Assembly (NCBI GenBank): GCA_963779415.1
Contig: CAVZYA010000001.1
Location: forward strand, 1,152,001-1,216,000
Source of the DNA: an uncultured Acidobacteriota bacterium
Lineage (GTDB): Bacteria > Acidobacteriota > Thermoanaerobaculia > UBA5066
Direction of reading: 5' to 3'
Length of the DNA stretch: 64,000 bases
The position numbers were made by a program, and so were the translations under genes. Below the pieces are notes generated by a model that had not been told where the DNA came from, made no database searches, and saw only the letters and a program-made list of their open reading frames with translations. Shown piece after piece: positions 41,162 to 52,115 of this stretch (position 1 is its first letter; every line of letters starts with the position of its first letter).

Positions 41162-42549
41162 CTCACGACCCGGTGCAGCGCCCGGACGGCCGCGACGCGC
41201 TGGGCGTCGTCTACGGCGAAGCTGATGTTGCATTCCGACGATCCTTGCGCGATCGCCTCGACGTTCACGCCGGCGCGGGCGACCGCCGCGAAGACCTTCG
41301 CCGCGATCCCCGGCGTGCCGCGCATCCCGTCGCCGACCGCGGCCACGACGGCCACCGGGGCTCTCGCCGTCACGCCGTCGATCGAGCCGGAGAGCTTCTC
41401 GTACCGGAACTCCTGCTCCAGTGCGGCGACGGTGCGGGAGCGGTCCGCCTCCGGAAGGACGAGCGCGATGTTCTGCTCGGACGAGGCCTGCGAGAACATG
41501 ACGACCGAGACGCCGAGACGCGCCGTCGCCCCGAAGACGCGCGCCGCGATCCCGGGAACGCCCGTCATCCCGCGCCCGTCGAGCGACAGGAGGCAGAGCC
41601 CGGAGATCGCCGTCACGGCACGGATCCCCTTCCGCCCGTCTCCTTTCGCCGCGATCGTCGTTCCCGGCTCCTCCGGGCGGAAGGAGTTCCGGATGACGAG
41701 CGGGATCCCCGCCGCGATGGCGGGGATGACGGCCGGGAAGTGGAGCACCTTCGCGCCGAAGTACGTCATCTCGGCGGCTTCCCGGTACGACAGGCGCGGA
41801 AGAAGCCGGGCGTTCCTCACGAGTCGCGGGTCGGCCGAGAGTACGCCGTCCACGTCGGTCCAGATGACGACCCGCCGGGCGCGGAGGGCCGCGCCGAGGA
41901 GGGCCGCCGTCGTGTCCGAGCCGGACCGGCCGAGAGTCGTCGTCTCGCCGCGCGGGCTACGGGCGATGAAGCCCGTGACGACGGGGACGATTCCCTTCCG
42001 GAGCTTCGGGAGGAGGAGCCGCCGGACGCGCGGATCGCTCCGCGCCCGGTCGCACGTCGCGGCGCCGTGCGTCTCGTCGGTCACGAGCATTCGCCGGGCG
42101 TCGACGGCAGAGGACGGAACGCCCCGCGCCGAGAGCGCGGCGGCGACGAACGGGGCCGACAGGCGCTCCCCGAACGATGCGATGAGGTCGGTCACGCGCG
42201 GCGACCGTTCGCGGAGGAGGGAGACGCCTGAAAGCACGGTCCGGAGCTCCTCGAGAGGGGCCGCGTCGAAGGAGATGCGCGACCCGGTCCCCTTCGAGAG
42301 GGCGCGGGCGGTCTCCTCGTGCCTCGCGCGGAGCCGCTCGACGATCTCGCGGGCCGCTCCGATCCGCCCCGCCTCCGCATCGCGCGCCGCGGCGAGAAGC
42401 TGATCCGTGATGCCGGCCATCGCCGAGGCGACGGCGACGACCGGCCCCCGGCGGGCCGCCGCGCGAAGGAGGTCGGCGGCCCTGAGGATCCGCTTCGCGT
42501 CCACGAGAGAGGTGCCGCCGAACTTGTGGACAGAGACCCGACGGTCCAT
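41158..42549 (-). CDS. Aspartate kinase (AK + 2 ACT domains, ThrA-like, no homoserine dehydrogenase domain)
   Basis: HKFGGTSL, SAMAGITD, GERLS, TTLGRSGSD, WTDVDG..ADPR, SQASSE, IAQGSSE. Confidence 0.93.
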   Translation of the reverse strand: MDRRVSVHKFGGTSLVDAKRILRAADLLRAAARRGPVVAVASAMAGITDQLLAAARDAEAGRIGAAREIVERLRARHEETARALSKGTGSRISFDAAPLEELRTVLSGVSLLRERSPRVTDLIASFGERLSAPFVAAALSARGVPSSAVDARRMLVTDETHGAATCDRARSDPRVRRLLLPKLRKGIVPVVTGFIARSPRGETTTLGRSGSDTTAALLGAALRARRVVIWTDVDGVLSADPRLVRNARLLPRLSYREAAEMTYFGAKVLHFPAVIPAIAAGIPLVIRNSFRPEEPGTTIAAKGDGRKGIRAVTAISGLCLLSLDGRGMTGVPGIAARVFGATARLGVSVVMFSQASSEQNIALVLPEADRSRTVAALEQEFRYEKLSGSIDGVTARAPVAVVAAVGDGMRGTPGIAAKVFAAVARAGVNVEAIAQGSSECNISFAVDDAQRVAAVRALHRVVS

Positions 42550-42596
42550 GAGGGCCAATGGTACAGGCCCGCGGGTCACGCTAGGATCGCGGGCCC

Positions 42597-44681
42597 ATGT
42601 ACCCGAATGCGCCGACCTCCGACGCCGTGGACGACTATCACGGGACGAAGATCGCCGACCCCTACCGGCCCCTCGAGAACCCCGACAGCCCCGAGACGCG
42701 GAAGTGGATCGAGGCCGAGAACCGGCTGACGGAGAGCTGGCTCGCCGGCGTGCCGAACCGCGCGAAGCTCCTCGAACGCCTGACGACGCTCTGGAACTAC
42801 GAGCGGTACAGCCCTCCCTTCCGCGAAGGAGGCCTCTACTTCTTCCAGAAGAACGACGGGCTGCAGAACCAGGCCGTCCTCTACGTCTTCCCGAGGCTCG
42901 ACGCGGCGCCCCGCGTCCTCCTCGACCCGAACGCGCTGAGCAAGGAGGGAACGGTCGCCCTCTCGGGCTACGCCGTCTCGACCGACGGGAAGCACCTGGC
43001 TTACGGCCTCGCGGCCGCGGGGTCGGACTGGAACGAGTGGCGGGTCCTCGACGTGGCGACCGGGAAGGAGACCGGCGATCTCCTGAAGTGGGTCAAGTTC
43101 TCCGGCGCCGCGTGGACGAAGGACGGAAAAGGGTTCTACTACTCGCGATTCGACGCGCCGAAGCCCGGGACGGAGCTGGAGGCCGTCGTCAAGAACCAGA
43201 AGCTCTTCTATCACCGGCTCGGCACGCCCCAGTCCGAGGACCTTCTCGTCTACGAGCGCCCCGACGACCCCGAGCTCGGGTTCGGCGCCTCGGTGAGCGA
43301 CGACGGCCGGTACCTCGTCGTCGTCGTCTCGAAGGGGACGGACACGCGGAACCGGATCTACGTCCGCGACCTCTCGGGAAAGGACGCCCCCTTCGTGAAG
43401 CTCTTCGACGATTTCGACGCCCGGTACGAGGTCGTCGACAACGTCGGGACGCTCTTCTACGTCTGGACCGACAGGGACGCTCCGCGCGGCCGTGTCGTCT
43501 CGGTCGATCTCGCGTCCTACGAGAAGGCGGCCGCGGCCGATCCGAAGGCGAAGCCCCTTCTCACGGACGTCATTCCGCAGGGAGCCGACACGATCTCGGG
43601 CGTCCGCCTCCTCGCGGACCGGCTCGTCGTGATCTTCATGAAGGACGCGGCCGAGGAGGCCCGGATCTTCTCGCGCGACGGCAGGCCCGAGACGGAGATC
43701 GCCCTTCCGGCGCTCGGGATGCTCCAGGGATTCGCCGGAAAGCGGGGGGACCACGAGACCTTCTACGCTTTCACCTCGTTCACCTATCCGACGACCATCT
43801 TCCGGTACGACTTCGAAACCGGGACGAGCACGGTCTTCCGAAAGCCGAAGGTCGACTTCGATCCCGCCGCCTTCGAGACGTCGCGGGTCTTCTACACGAG
43901 CAGGGACGGAACGAGGATCCCGATGTTTCTCGTCCGCCGGAAGGGGATGACGAAGAACGGCTCGAACCCGACGTACCTCTACGGTTACGGTGGCTTCAAC
44001 GTGCCGCTCGGCCCTTCCTTCTCGCCGGGCCGGATCGCCTGGCTCGAGCAGGGCGGCCTCTATGCCCAGCCTTCGATCCGGGGGGGCTCGGAGTACGGCG
44101 AGGAGTGGCACAAGGCCGGAATGCTCGCGAAGAAGCAGAACGTCTTCGACGACTTCATCGCGGCGGCCGAATGGCTCGTCGCAAACCGCTGGACCTCTCC
44201 GGCGCACCTCGGGATCGTCGGGGGATCCAACGGAGGCCTCCTCGTCGGTGCCGTCCTGAACCAGAGGCCCGACCTCTTCGGCGCCGCCGTCCCGGCCGTC
44301 GGCGTCATGGACATGCTCCGCTTCGACAAGTTCACGATCGGCTGGGCGTGGGTCTCCGACTACGGCTCCCCCGACGATCCCGAAGCGTTTCGCTGGATCT
44401 ATCCCTACTCGCCGCTCCACAACATCCGGAAAGGGACGAAGTATCCGGCGGTCCTCGCCGTGACGGCGGACCACGACGACCGCGTCGTCCCCGCCCACTC
44501 CTTCAAGTACGTCGCCGCGCTCCAGGCCGCGCAGGGGGGCGACGCGCCGATCCTGATCCGGATCGAGACGAAGGCCGGCCACGGCGCCGGAAAGCCGACG
44601 ACGAAGGCGATCGAGGAGGCCGCCGACATCCAGGCCTTCCTCTGGCGGACCCTCGGCGCGCCGGAGAAGGGCCGGCCGTGA
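42597..44681 (+). CDS. Prolyl oligopeptidase (S9A)
   Basis: DPYRPLE, GYGGFN, GGSNGGLL, HDDRVVPAHS, AGHG. Confidence 0.95.
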   Translation: MYPNAPTSDAVDDYHGTKIADPYRPLENPDSPETRKWIEAENRLTESWLAGVPNRAKLLERLTTLWNYERYSPPFREGGLYFFQKNDGLQNQAVLYVFPRLDAAPRVLLDPNALSKEGTVALSGYAVSTDGKHLAYGLAAAGSDWNEWRVLDVATGKETGDLLKWVKFSGAAWTKDGKGFYYSRFDAPKPGTELEAVVKNQKLFYHRLGTPQSEDLLVYERPDDPELGFGASVSDDGRYLVVVVSKGTDTRNRIYVRDLSGKDAPFVKLFDDFDARYEVVDNVGTLFYVWTDRDAPRGRVVSVDLASYEKAAAADPKAKPLLTDVIPQGADTISGVRLLADRLVVIFMKDAAEEARIFSRDGRPETEIALPALGMLQGFAGKRGDHETFYAFTSFTYPTTIFRYDFETGTSTVFRKPKVDFDPAAFETSRVFYTSRDGTRIPMFLVRRKGMTKNGSNPTYLYGYGGFNVPLGPSFSPGRIAWLEQGGLYAQPSIRGGSEYGEEWHKAGMLAKKQNVFDDFIAAAEWLVANRWTSPAHLGIVGGSNGGLLVGAVLNQRPDLFGAAVPAVGVMDMLRFDKFTIGWAWVSDYGSPDDPEAFRWIYPYSPLHNIRKGTKYPAVLAVTADHDDRVVPAHSFKYVAALQAAQGGDAPILIRIETKAGHGAGKPTTKAIEEAADIQAFLWRTLGAPEKGRP

Positions 44682-45016
44682 ACCCGCTCCCACGCGCTTC
44701 GTCGGCGCTCCTTCTCGCCGCCCTCCTCGTGACCGCCTGTGCGACCGCGCCCCCTCCGCCGCCGCCCGCTCCGGCGCCGGCCCCAGAGTCCGAGCCTGCT
44801 CCGGCTGCCCCCGCCGAGCGACCCACCTACATCGTGAAGTCCGACAAGACCCAGCTCCGCGACGATCCGACGACGAAGTCGATGGTCCTCGGGCGGCTCT
44901 CGAAAAACACCCGGGTCACGGGGATGAAGGAGAAGGACGGCTGGGTCTTCGTTCGCCTTCCGGACAACCGCGTCGGATGGATCCGGGGAGATCTCCTCCG
45001 GAGGGAAGCTCCCTAG
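44678..45016 (+). CDS. Small lipoprotein with SH3b-like domain
   Basis: Lipobox LVTAC, Pro/Ala linker, LRDDP..GW..V..GWI SH3-like pattern. Confidence 0.78.
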   Translation: MNPLPRASSALLLAALLVTACATAPPPPPPAPAPAPESEPAPAAPAERPTYIVKSDKTQLRDDPTTKSMVLGRLSKNTRVTGMKEKDGWVFVRLPDNRVGWIRGDLLRREAP

Positions 45017-45058
45017 AGGGCGTCGGGGGCCGGGGATTCCCGTAAACTCCCGCCGGCC

Positions 45059-48000
45059 ATGCCGAAGCGGACGGACCTCAAGTCGATCCTCGTCCTCGGG
45101 TCCGGACCGATCGTGATCGGCCAGGCGTGCGAGTTCGACTACTCCGGCACGCAGGCCTGCCGCGCCCTTCGCGAGAAGGGGTACCGGGTCGTCCTCGTGA
45201 ACTCGAACCCCGCCACGATCATGACGGACCCGGAGTTCGCCGACGCGACCTACATCGAGCCGCTCGACCGGGACACGGTGGCCGCGATCATCGACCGCGA
45301 GAAGCCCGACGCCCTTCTCCCCACCGTGGGGGGTCAGACCGCGCTGAACCTCGCCGTCGCGCTCGACGAGGCGGGCGTCCTCGCGAAGCACGGCATCGAG
45401 ACGCTCGGAGCTTCGGTCCGGTCGGTGAAGCTGGGCGAGGACCGCCTCCTCTTCAAGAAGGCGATGGAGGAGGCCGGCGTCGCCGTCCTCCGGTCCGGCC
45501 TCGCCCACGGCCTCGACGAGGCCCACGCGATCGCCCGTCCCTTCGGCTTCCCCGTCGTCATCCGCCCCTCGTTCACCCTCGGCGGGACCGGCGGCGGGAT
45601 CGCCTTCAACGTCGACGACTTCGAGGCGATCGTCAAGCGAGGCCTCTCGCTCTCCCCCGTCCACGAGGTCCTCGTCGAGGAGTCGGTCCTCGGGTGGAAG
45701 GAGTTCGAGCTCGAGGTGATGCGCGACGTCGCGGACACCTTCGTCGTCGTCTGCTCCATCGAGAACCTCGATCCGATGGGGGTCCACACGGGCGACTCGA
45801 TCACGATCGCGCCGCAGATGACGCTCTCGGACGTCGAGTACCAGGCGATGCGCGACGACGCCCGGAAGGTGATCCGGGCCGTCGGGGTCGCCACGGGCGG
45901 GTCGAACATCCAGTTCGCGGTCGACCCGAAGAGCGGGCGGCGGATCGTCATCGAGATGAACCCCCGCGTCTCGCGCTCCTCGGCTCTCGCTTCGAAGGCG
46001 ACCGGCTTTCCGATCGCGAAGATCGCCGCCCTGCTCGCCGTCGGCTTCCGCCTCGACGAGATCCCGAACGACATCACGAGGAAGACCCCGGCCTGCTTCG
46101 AGCCGACGCTCGACTACGTCGTCGTCAAGATTCCGCGCTTCACCTTCGAGAAGTTCCCCGGGGCCTCGACGAGCCTCGGCGTCCAGATGAAGTCGGTCGG
46201 CGAGGTGATGGCGCTGGGGCGTACCTTCGCCGAGTCGTTCGGAAAGGCGCTCCGCTCGCTGGAGACCGGGCGGAGCGGCTGGATGGACGAGCCCGGGACG
46301 CCGGCGGCGGTGCCCAAGCCCGACGCCCTGCGCGTGGCGCGCCCCGAGCGGATCTTCGCCGTCCTTTCCGCCCTCAGGGCGGGGATGAGCGCCGAAGCCA
46401 TCTCGGAGATCACGGGGATCGACCGCTGGTTCCTCGACCGCTTCTCGGAGGTGATCGCCGTCGAGCGCGAGGTCCGCGCGGCGGGCCCGCTGGCGCTCGG
46501 GGACGCCGCGCTCCTCCGGCGAGCCAAGCAGCACGGTCTCTCCGACGAGGACCTCGCGACGCTGACGGGACGGACGGCGGACGACGTGGGAGCGGCGCGC
46601 CGGCGCGCGGGAACGATGCCGGTCTTCAACCGGGTCGACACCTGCGCCGCCGAGTTCGAGTCGACGACGCCGTACCTCTACTCCTGCTACGAGACGGAAG
46701 ACGAGGCGGAGACCGACGAGCGGACGAAGGTCGTCGTCCTCGGGTCCGGGCCGAACCGGATCGGGCAGGGGCTCGAGTTCGACTACTGCTGCGTCCACGC
46801 GGCCGGGGCGATCTCGGAGGCCGGCTTCGAGTCGGTGATGGTCAACTGCAACCCGGAGACGGTCTCGACCGACTACGACACGTCGGACCGGCTCTACTTC
46901 GAGCCGCTGACGATCGAGGACGTCCTCGCGGTCGTCGAGCGCGAGAAGCCGCTCGGCGTCCTCGTCCAGTTCGGCGGGCAGACGCCGCTGAAGCTGGCGC
47001 GCCCGCTCGAGAAGGCGGGCGTGAGGATCCTCGGAACGTCGCCCGAGGCGATCGACCGCGCCGAGGACCGGCAGCGTTTCGGCGAGCTTCTCGCGGACGT
47101 CGGCCTCCAGGCGCCGCCGTGGGCCGCCGCCTCCTCGCCCGCCGAGGGGATGGCGGCCGGGCGGTCGCTCGGCTTCCCCCTCCTCGTCCGGCCGAGCTAC
47201 GTCCTCGGAGGACGCGCGATGCGGATCGCGTACGACGAGCGGATTCTCGAACGGATCCTCGAGGAGGCTCTCGCCGCGTTTCCCGACCGGCCCGTTCTGA
47301 TCGACCGGTTCCTCGAGGACGCCTTCGAGCTGGACGTCGACGCGCTCGGCGACGGGACGGAGATCGTCGTGGCAGGCGTCATGCAGCACATCGAGGAGGC
47401 CGGGATCCACTCGGGGGACTCGTACGCCGTCCTTCCGCCGTACCGGCGCGTCCCGCGCGGCGCTCTCGGCGAGATCCGCGACGCGACGGCCCAGCTCGGA
47501 AAAGCCCTGAAGGTCGTCGGCCTGATGAACGTCCAGTACGCCATCAAGGACGGGCAGCTCTTCGTCCTCGAGGTGAACCCCCGGGCCTCGCGAACCGTCC
47601 CGTTCGTCGCGAAGGCGACGGGTGTTCCCTTCGCGCGGCTCGCGACCCGGCTCTGCCTCGGCGAGAGCCTCCGCGACGTGGGGCTGACGGAGGAGCCCCC
47701 GCTCGGCGGCTTCTCGATCAAGGCCCCCGTCTTTCCCTTCCGGAAGTTCGAAGGGGTCGACACGATCCTCGGGCCCGAGATGCGCTCGACGGGCGAGGTG
47801 ATGGGGCACGACCGGAGCTTCGGCCTCGCATTCCTCAAGGCCGCGCTCGGAGCGGGGATCCGGCTGCCGGAGAAGGGAACGGCGTTCCTCTCCGTGCACG
47901 ACGGCGACAAGGAGGCGATCCTCCCGATCGCGCGCGAGCTCGCGTCGCTCGGCTTCTCGCTCCTCGCGACGTCGGGGACGGCACGGGCGCTCGCCGAAGG

Positions 48001-48271
48001 GGGACTCTCGGCCGCCACGGTCCTCAAGGTGAACGAGGGGCGCCCGAACATCGTCGACCGGATGATCAACGGCGAGGTGGAGCTCGTCATCAACACGCCG
48101 CTCGGCCGCGAGTCGTTCTACGACGAGATCATGATCCGCCGGACGGCGCTGGAGCGCGACATTCCCTGCCTGACGACGCTCTCGGCGGCCTCGGCCGCGA
48201 TCGAGGCGATCCGCGCCCGCGCCGCCGGCGCCCTTTCGTACGCCCCGCTTCAGGAGGAGGTCCGGGTCTGA
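45059..48271 (+). CDS. carB: Carbamoyl-phosphate synthase large subunit
   Basis: [54 protein letters not shown]-terminal MGS domain. Confidence 0.98.
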   Translation: MPKRTDLKSILVLGSGPIVIGQACEFDYSGTQACRALREKGYRVVLVNSNPATIMTDPEFADATYIEPLDRDTVAAIIDREKPDALLPTVGGQTALNLAVALDEAGVLAKHGIETLGASVRSVKLGEDRLLFKKAMEEAGVAVLRSGLAHGLDEAHAIARPFGFPVVIRPSFTLGGTGGGIAFNVDDFEAIVKRGLSLSPVHEVLVEESVLGWKEFELEVMRDVADTFVVVCSIENLDPMGVHTGDSITIAPQMTLSDVEYQAMRDDARKVIRAVGVATGGSNIQFAVDPKSGRRIVIEMNPRVSRSSALASKATGFPIAKIAALLAVGFRLDEIPNDITRKTPACFEPTLDYVVVKIPRFTFEKFPGASTSLGVQMKSVGEVMALGRTFAESFGKALRSLETGRSGWMDEPGTPAAVPKPDALRVARPERIFAVLSALRAGMSAEAISEITGIDRWFLDRFSEVIAVEREVRAAGPLALGDAALLRRAKQHGLSDEDLATLTGRTADDVGAARRRAGTMPVFNRVDTCAAEFESTTPYLYSCYETEDEAETDERTKVVVLGSGPNRIGQGLEFDYCCVHAAGAISEAGFESVMVNCNPETVSTDYDTSDRLYFEPLTIEDVLAVVEREKPLGVLVQFGGQTPLKLARPLEKAGVRILGTSPEAIDRAEDRQRFGELLADVGLQAPPWAAASSPAEGMAAGRSLGFPLLVRPSYVLGGRAMRIAYDERILERILEEALAAFPDRPVLIDRFLEDAFELDVDALGDGTEIVVAGVMQHIEEAGIHSGDSYAVLPPYRRVPRGALGEIRDATAQLGKALKVVGLMNVQYAIKDGQLFVLEVNPRASRTVPFVAKATGVPFARLATRLCLGESLRDVGLTEEPPLGGFSIKAPVFPFRKFEGVDTILGPEMRSTGEVMGHDRSFGLAFLKAALGAGIRLPEKGTAFLSVHDGDKEAILPIARELASLGFSLLATSGTARALAEGGLSAATVLKVNEGRPNIVDRMINGEVELVINTPLGRESFYDEIMIRRTALERDIPCLTTLSAASAAIEAIRARAAGALSYAPLQEEVRV

Positions 48272-50142
48272 GCACGGCTGCGTGGGCGGCCGGCGCCGTC
48301 CTCGCCGCCGTCGGTGCGTACCTCGGCCTTCGCCGGCCGGACGACGCGCCCCTCGGCCTCGTCTTCCTCGCGCCGCTCCTCCCCGGCGTGGCACGGCTCC
48401 TCGGCGGCGATCTGCCGCTCCTTTTCTTCTACGCCGCTCCGGCGCTCGGCGCTTCGCTCGCCGTCCGGCACCGCCGTGGCGAGCCGTCGCCCCTTCCGCG
48501 GAACGTTCTCCGCTGGAGCCTCGCCTTCCTCCTCGTCGCCGCCGTCTCGTCCCTCTCTTCGATCGTCCGGGGCGAGACGCTCTGGCGCCTCCTCCACGAG
48601 CGCGTCGTCCCTCACTACGTGAACGGGCTCTGGATGACCTCGGCGGACCGGAGCCGCGGCGCCGTCCTCACGTTCCTCGGCTATCTCCTGCTTCTGGCGG
48701 CGCTCGACGCCTTCTCCCGCCTCGCCGCCGACCCGGTCCGTCGGCGGCGGCTTCTCGCGGCCGCCTCGGCGGGAGGCGCGCTCGCTCTTGCGGCGGCGGT
48801 GCTCGAGCCGGCAATCCCCTCCGCCGCCGGCGCGGAACGATGGGCCGCCTATCTGCGCTACTCGGGGACGTTCACGGACCCGAACGCCCTCGGCATCGGT
48901 GCCGCCCTTCTCGCGATCCTCGCCCTCGCGCTTCTCCTCGAGAAGGCGAAAGGGCCACGCCTCGCCCGGATTCCCGCCTTCGTCGTCCTGATCCTCGCCC
49001 TGCCCGCCCTTCAGCTCTCCGGATCGCGCACGGGGTTCCTCCTCCTCGCGACGGCCGGAGCCCTCCTCCTCGCGGGCCTCGTCCGCGCCGGGGCCGTGCC
49101 GCTCCGGAGGCTCGGCCTCGGAGTCGCCGCCGCCCTTCTCCTCGCCGTCGTGGTCTGGCCGCTCCTCCCGAAGGGAGGGAACGTGGCGAAGGGCGGGCTC
49201 GCGGCCCGGCTCGCGGCCGCCCTCCGGACGGGCTCTCTCGACGCGACGGCGAACAAGAGGCTCGTCTTCTGGCGCGGCGCGCTCGACGTCATTCTCGAAG
49301 AGCCTCTCTCCGGCTGCGGCCTCGGGGGATTCCCCTACGAGTTTCCCGTCCGCTTCGGCCAGAGGCATCATCCGGTCGAGTTCACGGACAACGCGACGAA
49401 CGCGCTCCTCGACTTAGGCGCCGAATGCGGACTCCCGGCGCTCGTCCTCGCGCTCGCGGCCGCGATTCCCGTCCTCGTCCGCGCCTTCGACGCGGCGCTC
49501 GCGCGTCCGCCGATCGCCATGGGACCGCGCCTCGCCGGCGCCGCGATCATCGGATTCGCGATCGCGTCGATCACGGGGAACCATCTCCGGTTCCCGGAGA
49601 TCGGCTGCCTCGTCATGGCCGCCGCGGCTCTCCTCCTCTCCCCGGGGAGCCCGGAGGAGAAGCCCGATCCCGACCTCGTCCCGCCGCGCATCGCGGGGGG
49701 CGTCCTCGTCGTCTCGGCCATCGTGGCCTCCCTCCTCGTCGTCTGGCCGACCCGGCGCCCGGAGGAGGCCTTCCGGACCGAGCCCTGGCAGGGGCTCTAC
49801 CGGCCCGAGCCGATGGGGTCCGGCAGGCTCTTTCGCTGGATGGGGCCGATCGCCATTCGACGCGTCCGTCCGGGCGAGACGTCGCTCTTCCTTCGCGTGC
49901 GGAACGGCCGGCCAGACGACCTGCCGGTGACCTTCACCGTCGAGGTCGACGGGGTGCCTCGCCGTGGATTCGTCGTTTCGAAAGGAAGCGAGGAGGCGGT
50001 CGACGTCGACGCCCTCTCCGCCGGGCAGATCGTCCGTTTCTCGGCGCAGCCGACCTTCGTGCCGGGAAAGAGGGCGGACGGCCGCGATGAGCGGACGCTC
50101 GCGCTCATAGTTCTGATTCCGCCCGGGACGCTGGCCCCATGA
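48268..50142 (+). CDS. O-antigen ligase-like membrane protein (probable CTG start)
   Basis: Multi-TM; [34 protein letters not shown]; frame of 45127..50142. Confidence 0.78.
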   Translation: MSTAAWAAGAVLAAVGAYLGLRRPDDAPLGLVFLAPLLPGVARLLGGDLPLLFFYAAPALGASLAVRHRRGEPSPLPRNVLRWSLAFLLVAAVSSLSSIVRGETLWRLLHERVVPHYVNGLWMTSADRSRGAVLTFLGYLLLLAALDAFSRLAADPVRRRRLLAAASAGGALALAAAVLEPAIPSAAGAERWAAYLRYSGTFTDPNALGIGAALLAILALALLLEKAKGPRLARIPAFVVLILALPALQLSGSRTGFLLLATAGALLLAGLVRAGAVPLRRLGLGVAAALLLAVVVWPLLPKGGNVAKGGLAARLAAALRTGSLDATANKRLVFWRGALDVILEEPLSGCGLGGFPYEFPVRFGQRHHPVEFTDNATNALLDLGAECGLPALVLALAAAIPVLVRAFDAALARPPIAMGPRLAGAAIIGFAIASITGNHLRFPEIGCLVMAAAALLLSPGSPEEKPDPDLVPPRIAGGVLVVSAIVASLLVVWPTRRPEEAFRTEPWQGLYRPEPMGSGRLFRWMGPIAIRRVRPGETSLFLRVRNGRPDDLPVTFTVEVDGVPRRGFVVSKGSEEAVDVDALSAGQIVRFSAQPTFVPGKRADGRDERTLALIVLIPPGTLAP

Positions 50143-52115
50143 GCCCCCCGCGCCCGGGACCGGTCCTCCTTTCCGCGGCGGCATGGGTCGCGTTCGGGGC
50201 GATCCTGACGCCGATCCTCCTCCCGCCGATCCCGGCCTATCGGACGTTCGTCGCCGTGGGAGCGGTGGTCCTCTTCGTCGCCGCGCTCGCGGCGCCGCGG
50301 ACCGCCTTCGTCCTCGCGACCGTCGCCGCGACGAGCGCCGGGGCTTCGGCCCTCGTCTTCGGAGGCCGCGAGCCCGCCTGCGCGGGCCCGATCCTCCTCT
50401 CGGGATACTTCGCCGGCTTCGCGCTCAAGGGGCTCTTCGAGTTGGACGCTCCGCTCGCCTCCGCGCCGCTTCTCCCGGCCTGGCGCGCGCTCGCGACCGT
50501 GGCCGCGGTCTCCGCCGCCGCGACGTTCGTCGCGCTCCGGTCGAGCTACCTTCTTCTCGCGGAAGTCCCGACGCCCCGCGCCGTGAATCTCCTCGGACAG
50601 GACGCCGCCCCGGCCCTTACCGGAGCGGTCGGCATCTTCGCCTCCTTCGCCGTTCTGGCGGGAATCCACCGGGCGGCGGCGCGCCTCTCGGCCGATACGC
50701 CCGGGCGCCGGACCATCGACGCGGCGTTCGTCTCCGTCGGACTCCTCGCCGGGGGCGTGGCGCTCCTGCAGAAGACCGGCGTCCTGCCGTCGCTACGCGT
50801 CGAGCCGTGGAGCCAGTGGGGACGCTCGCAGAGCGTCTTCACCGACCCGTCTTCGGCCGGCGTCGCGGCGGCGCTTCTCGTCGCTCCGCTCCTCGCGCGG
50901 GCCACGACCGGCATCGCCGCGGCGCGGCTCGCGGCCGCCCTCGCGGCGGCCCTCATCCTCCTCGTTCTCGGCGACGCCGGGTCCCGGGCGGGCCTGATCG
51001 GTGCGCTGACCGCCGCGGCCGTCTACGTCATCTGGGCGCTCACCCGACTCGTCGCCGGCACGCGCGGCGGAAGGCGGTGGCGCGTCGCCTGGGGCGTCGG
51101 GGCGCTCGCCATCCTCGCGGCGGCCGCGCTCGCCACCGCTCTCTCGTGGCCGAGCCGCGGCGCCGTCCGCTCCGCCCTCGCCACCCGGATCGAGGCCTCG
51201 TTCCGTCCGCGCGAGTCCCCCGCCGAGGGAACGCCCGAGCGGGCGCTCCTCTACGAGGCGGGCTGGTCGATCTTCAGGAAGCGCCCCGTCGCCGGGATCG
51301 GCCTCGGAGGCTTTCGCGTGGAGTTCCCGAACGAAGCCGCCGCCCTCGGCCACCCGGTCCGCTGGACGGACAACCCTCCTTCGCTCTACCTCGGCACCCT
51401 CGTCGAGTCGGGGCTCGCCGGCGGAATCATCCTTCTCCTGCTCCTCCTGGCCGTCACCCGCGGAGCCGGAAGCGCCCTCTTCATGGTGGAGACGTCGACC
51501 GCGACCGCCTTGCCCGCCGTCGGCGCGGCCTCCGCGCTGATCGGGCTCCTCGTCGTCTTTCTGTTCGGCTCGCACCTGATCTACCCCGAGATCGCGACGC
51601 TCGTCGGCATTCTGACGGCGCGTCTCCCGATCCGCCCCGGCGGACGGACGGCGCGGCTCTTCTCGAGCGCGCTCCCCGTCACGCTCGCCGGCGTCCTCGC
51701 GCTCCTTCTCGGAAACGTCGCCTGGGCCGCATGGACCACGAGGTCGCCCGATGCCGCGTTCCGCTGGGCACCCACCGCCGGCCTCTGGGGTCCCGAGCGC
51801 GAGCCGGACGGACGTCGGTTCCGCTGGACCAGCGCGGCGGCGGCATGGCTCGTCCCCGGGACGCCCGGGACGGAGCGGACCCTCTCGCTCCCGGTCCGGA
51901 ATGCCCGGCCCGACGGGCAGCCCGTGGCTCTGGACGTTTCGTGGAACGGCCATCCTTCCGGCCGCGTCACCCTTCCCGTGGCCGGATGGAAGCGTCTCGA
52001 GCTCCGCGTGAACGGCCCCGGCGTCCTCCGGCTCGGAATCGGCGAGACGTTCCGCCCCGCCGGACGAAGGGACCCGCGCCTCCTCGGCATCGAGGTGGGA
52101 CCCGAACTGCCGTGA
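50139..52115 (+). CDS. O-antigen ligase-like membrane protein (paralog of the upstream gene)
   Basis: FTDPSS, GSRAG, GIGLGGF, DNPPSLYL..LVESG; shares a C-terminal FRW motif with the upstream paralog. Confidence 0.78.
   Translation: MSPPRPGPVLLSAAAWVAFGAILTPILLPPIPAYRTFVAVGAVVLFVAALAAPRTAFVLATVAATSAGASALVFGGREPACAGPILLSGYFAGFALKGLFELDAPLASAPLLPAWRALATVAAVSAAATFVALRSSYLLLAEVPTPRAVNLLGQDAAPALTGAVGIFASFAVLAGIHRAAARLSADTPGRRTIDAAFVSVGLLAGGVALLQKTGVLPSLRVEPWSQWGRSQSVFTDPSSAGVAAALLVAPLLARATTGIAAARLAAALAAALILLVLGDAGSRAGLIGALTAAAVYVIWALTRLVAGTRGGRRWRVAWGVGALAILAAAALATALSWPSRGAVRSALATRIEASFRPRESPAEGTPERALLYEAGWSIFRKRPVAGIGLGGFRVEFPNEAAALGHPVRWTDNPPSLYLGTLVESGLAGGIILLLLLLAVTRGAGSALFMVETSTATALPAVGAASALIGLLVVFLFGSHLIYPEIATLVGILTARLPIRPGGRTARLFSSALPVTLAGVLALLLGNVAWAAWTTRSPDAAFRWAPTAGLWGPEREPDGRRFRWTSAAAAWLVPGTPGTERTLSLPVRNARPDGQPVALDVSWNGHPSGRVTLPVAGWKRLELRVNGPGVLRLGIGETFRPAGRRDPRLLGIEVGPELP

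Noticed and set aside
42550-42596. Thr/Ile leader peptide for the threonine cluster
   Set aside because: Only 47 bp of divergent intergenic DNA, with no short ORF or terminator.
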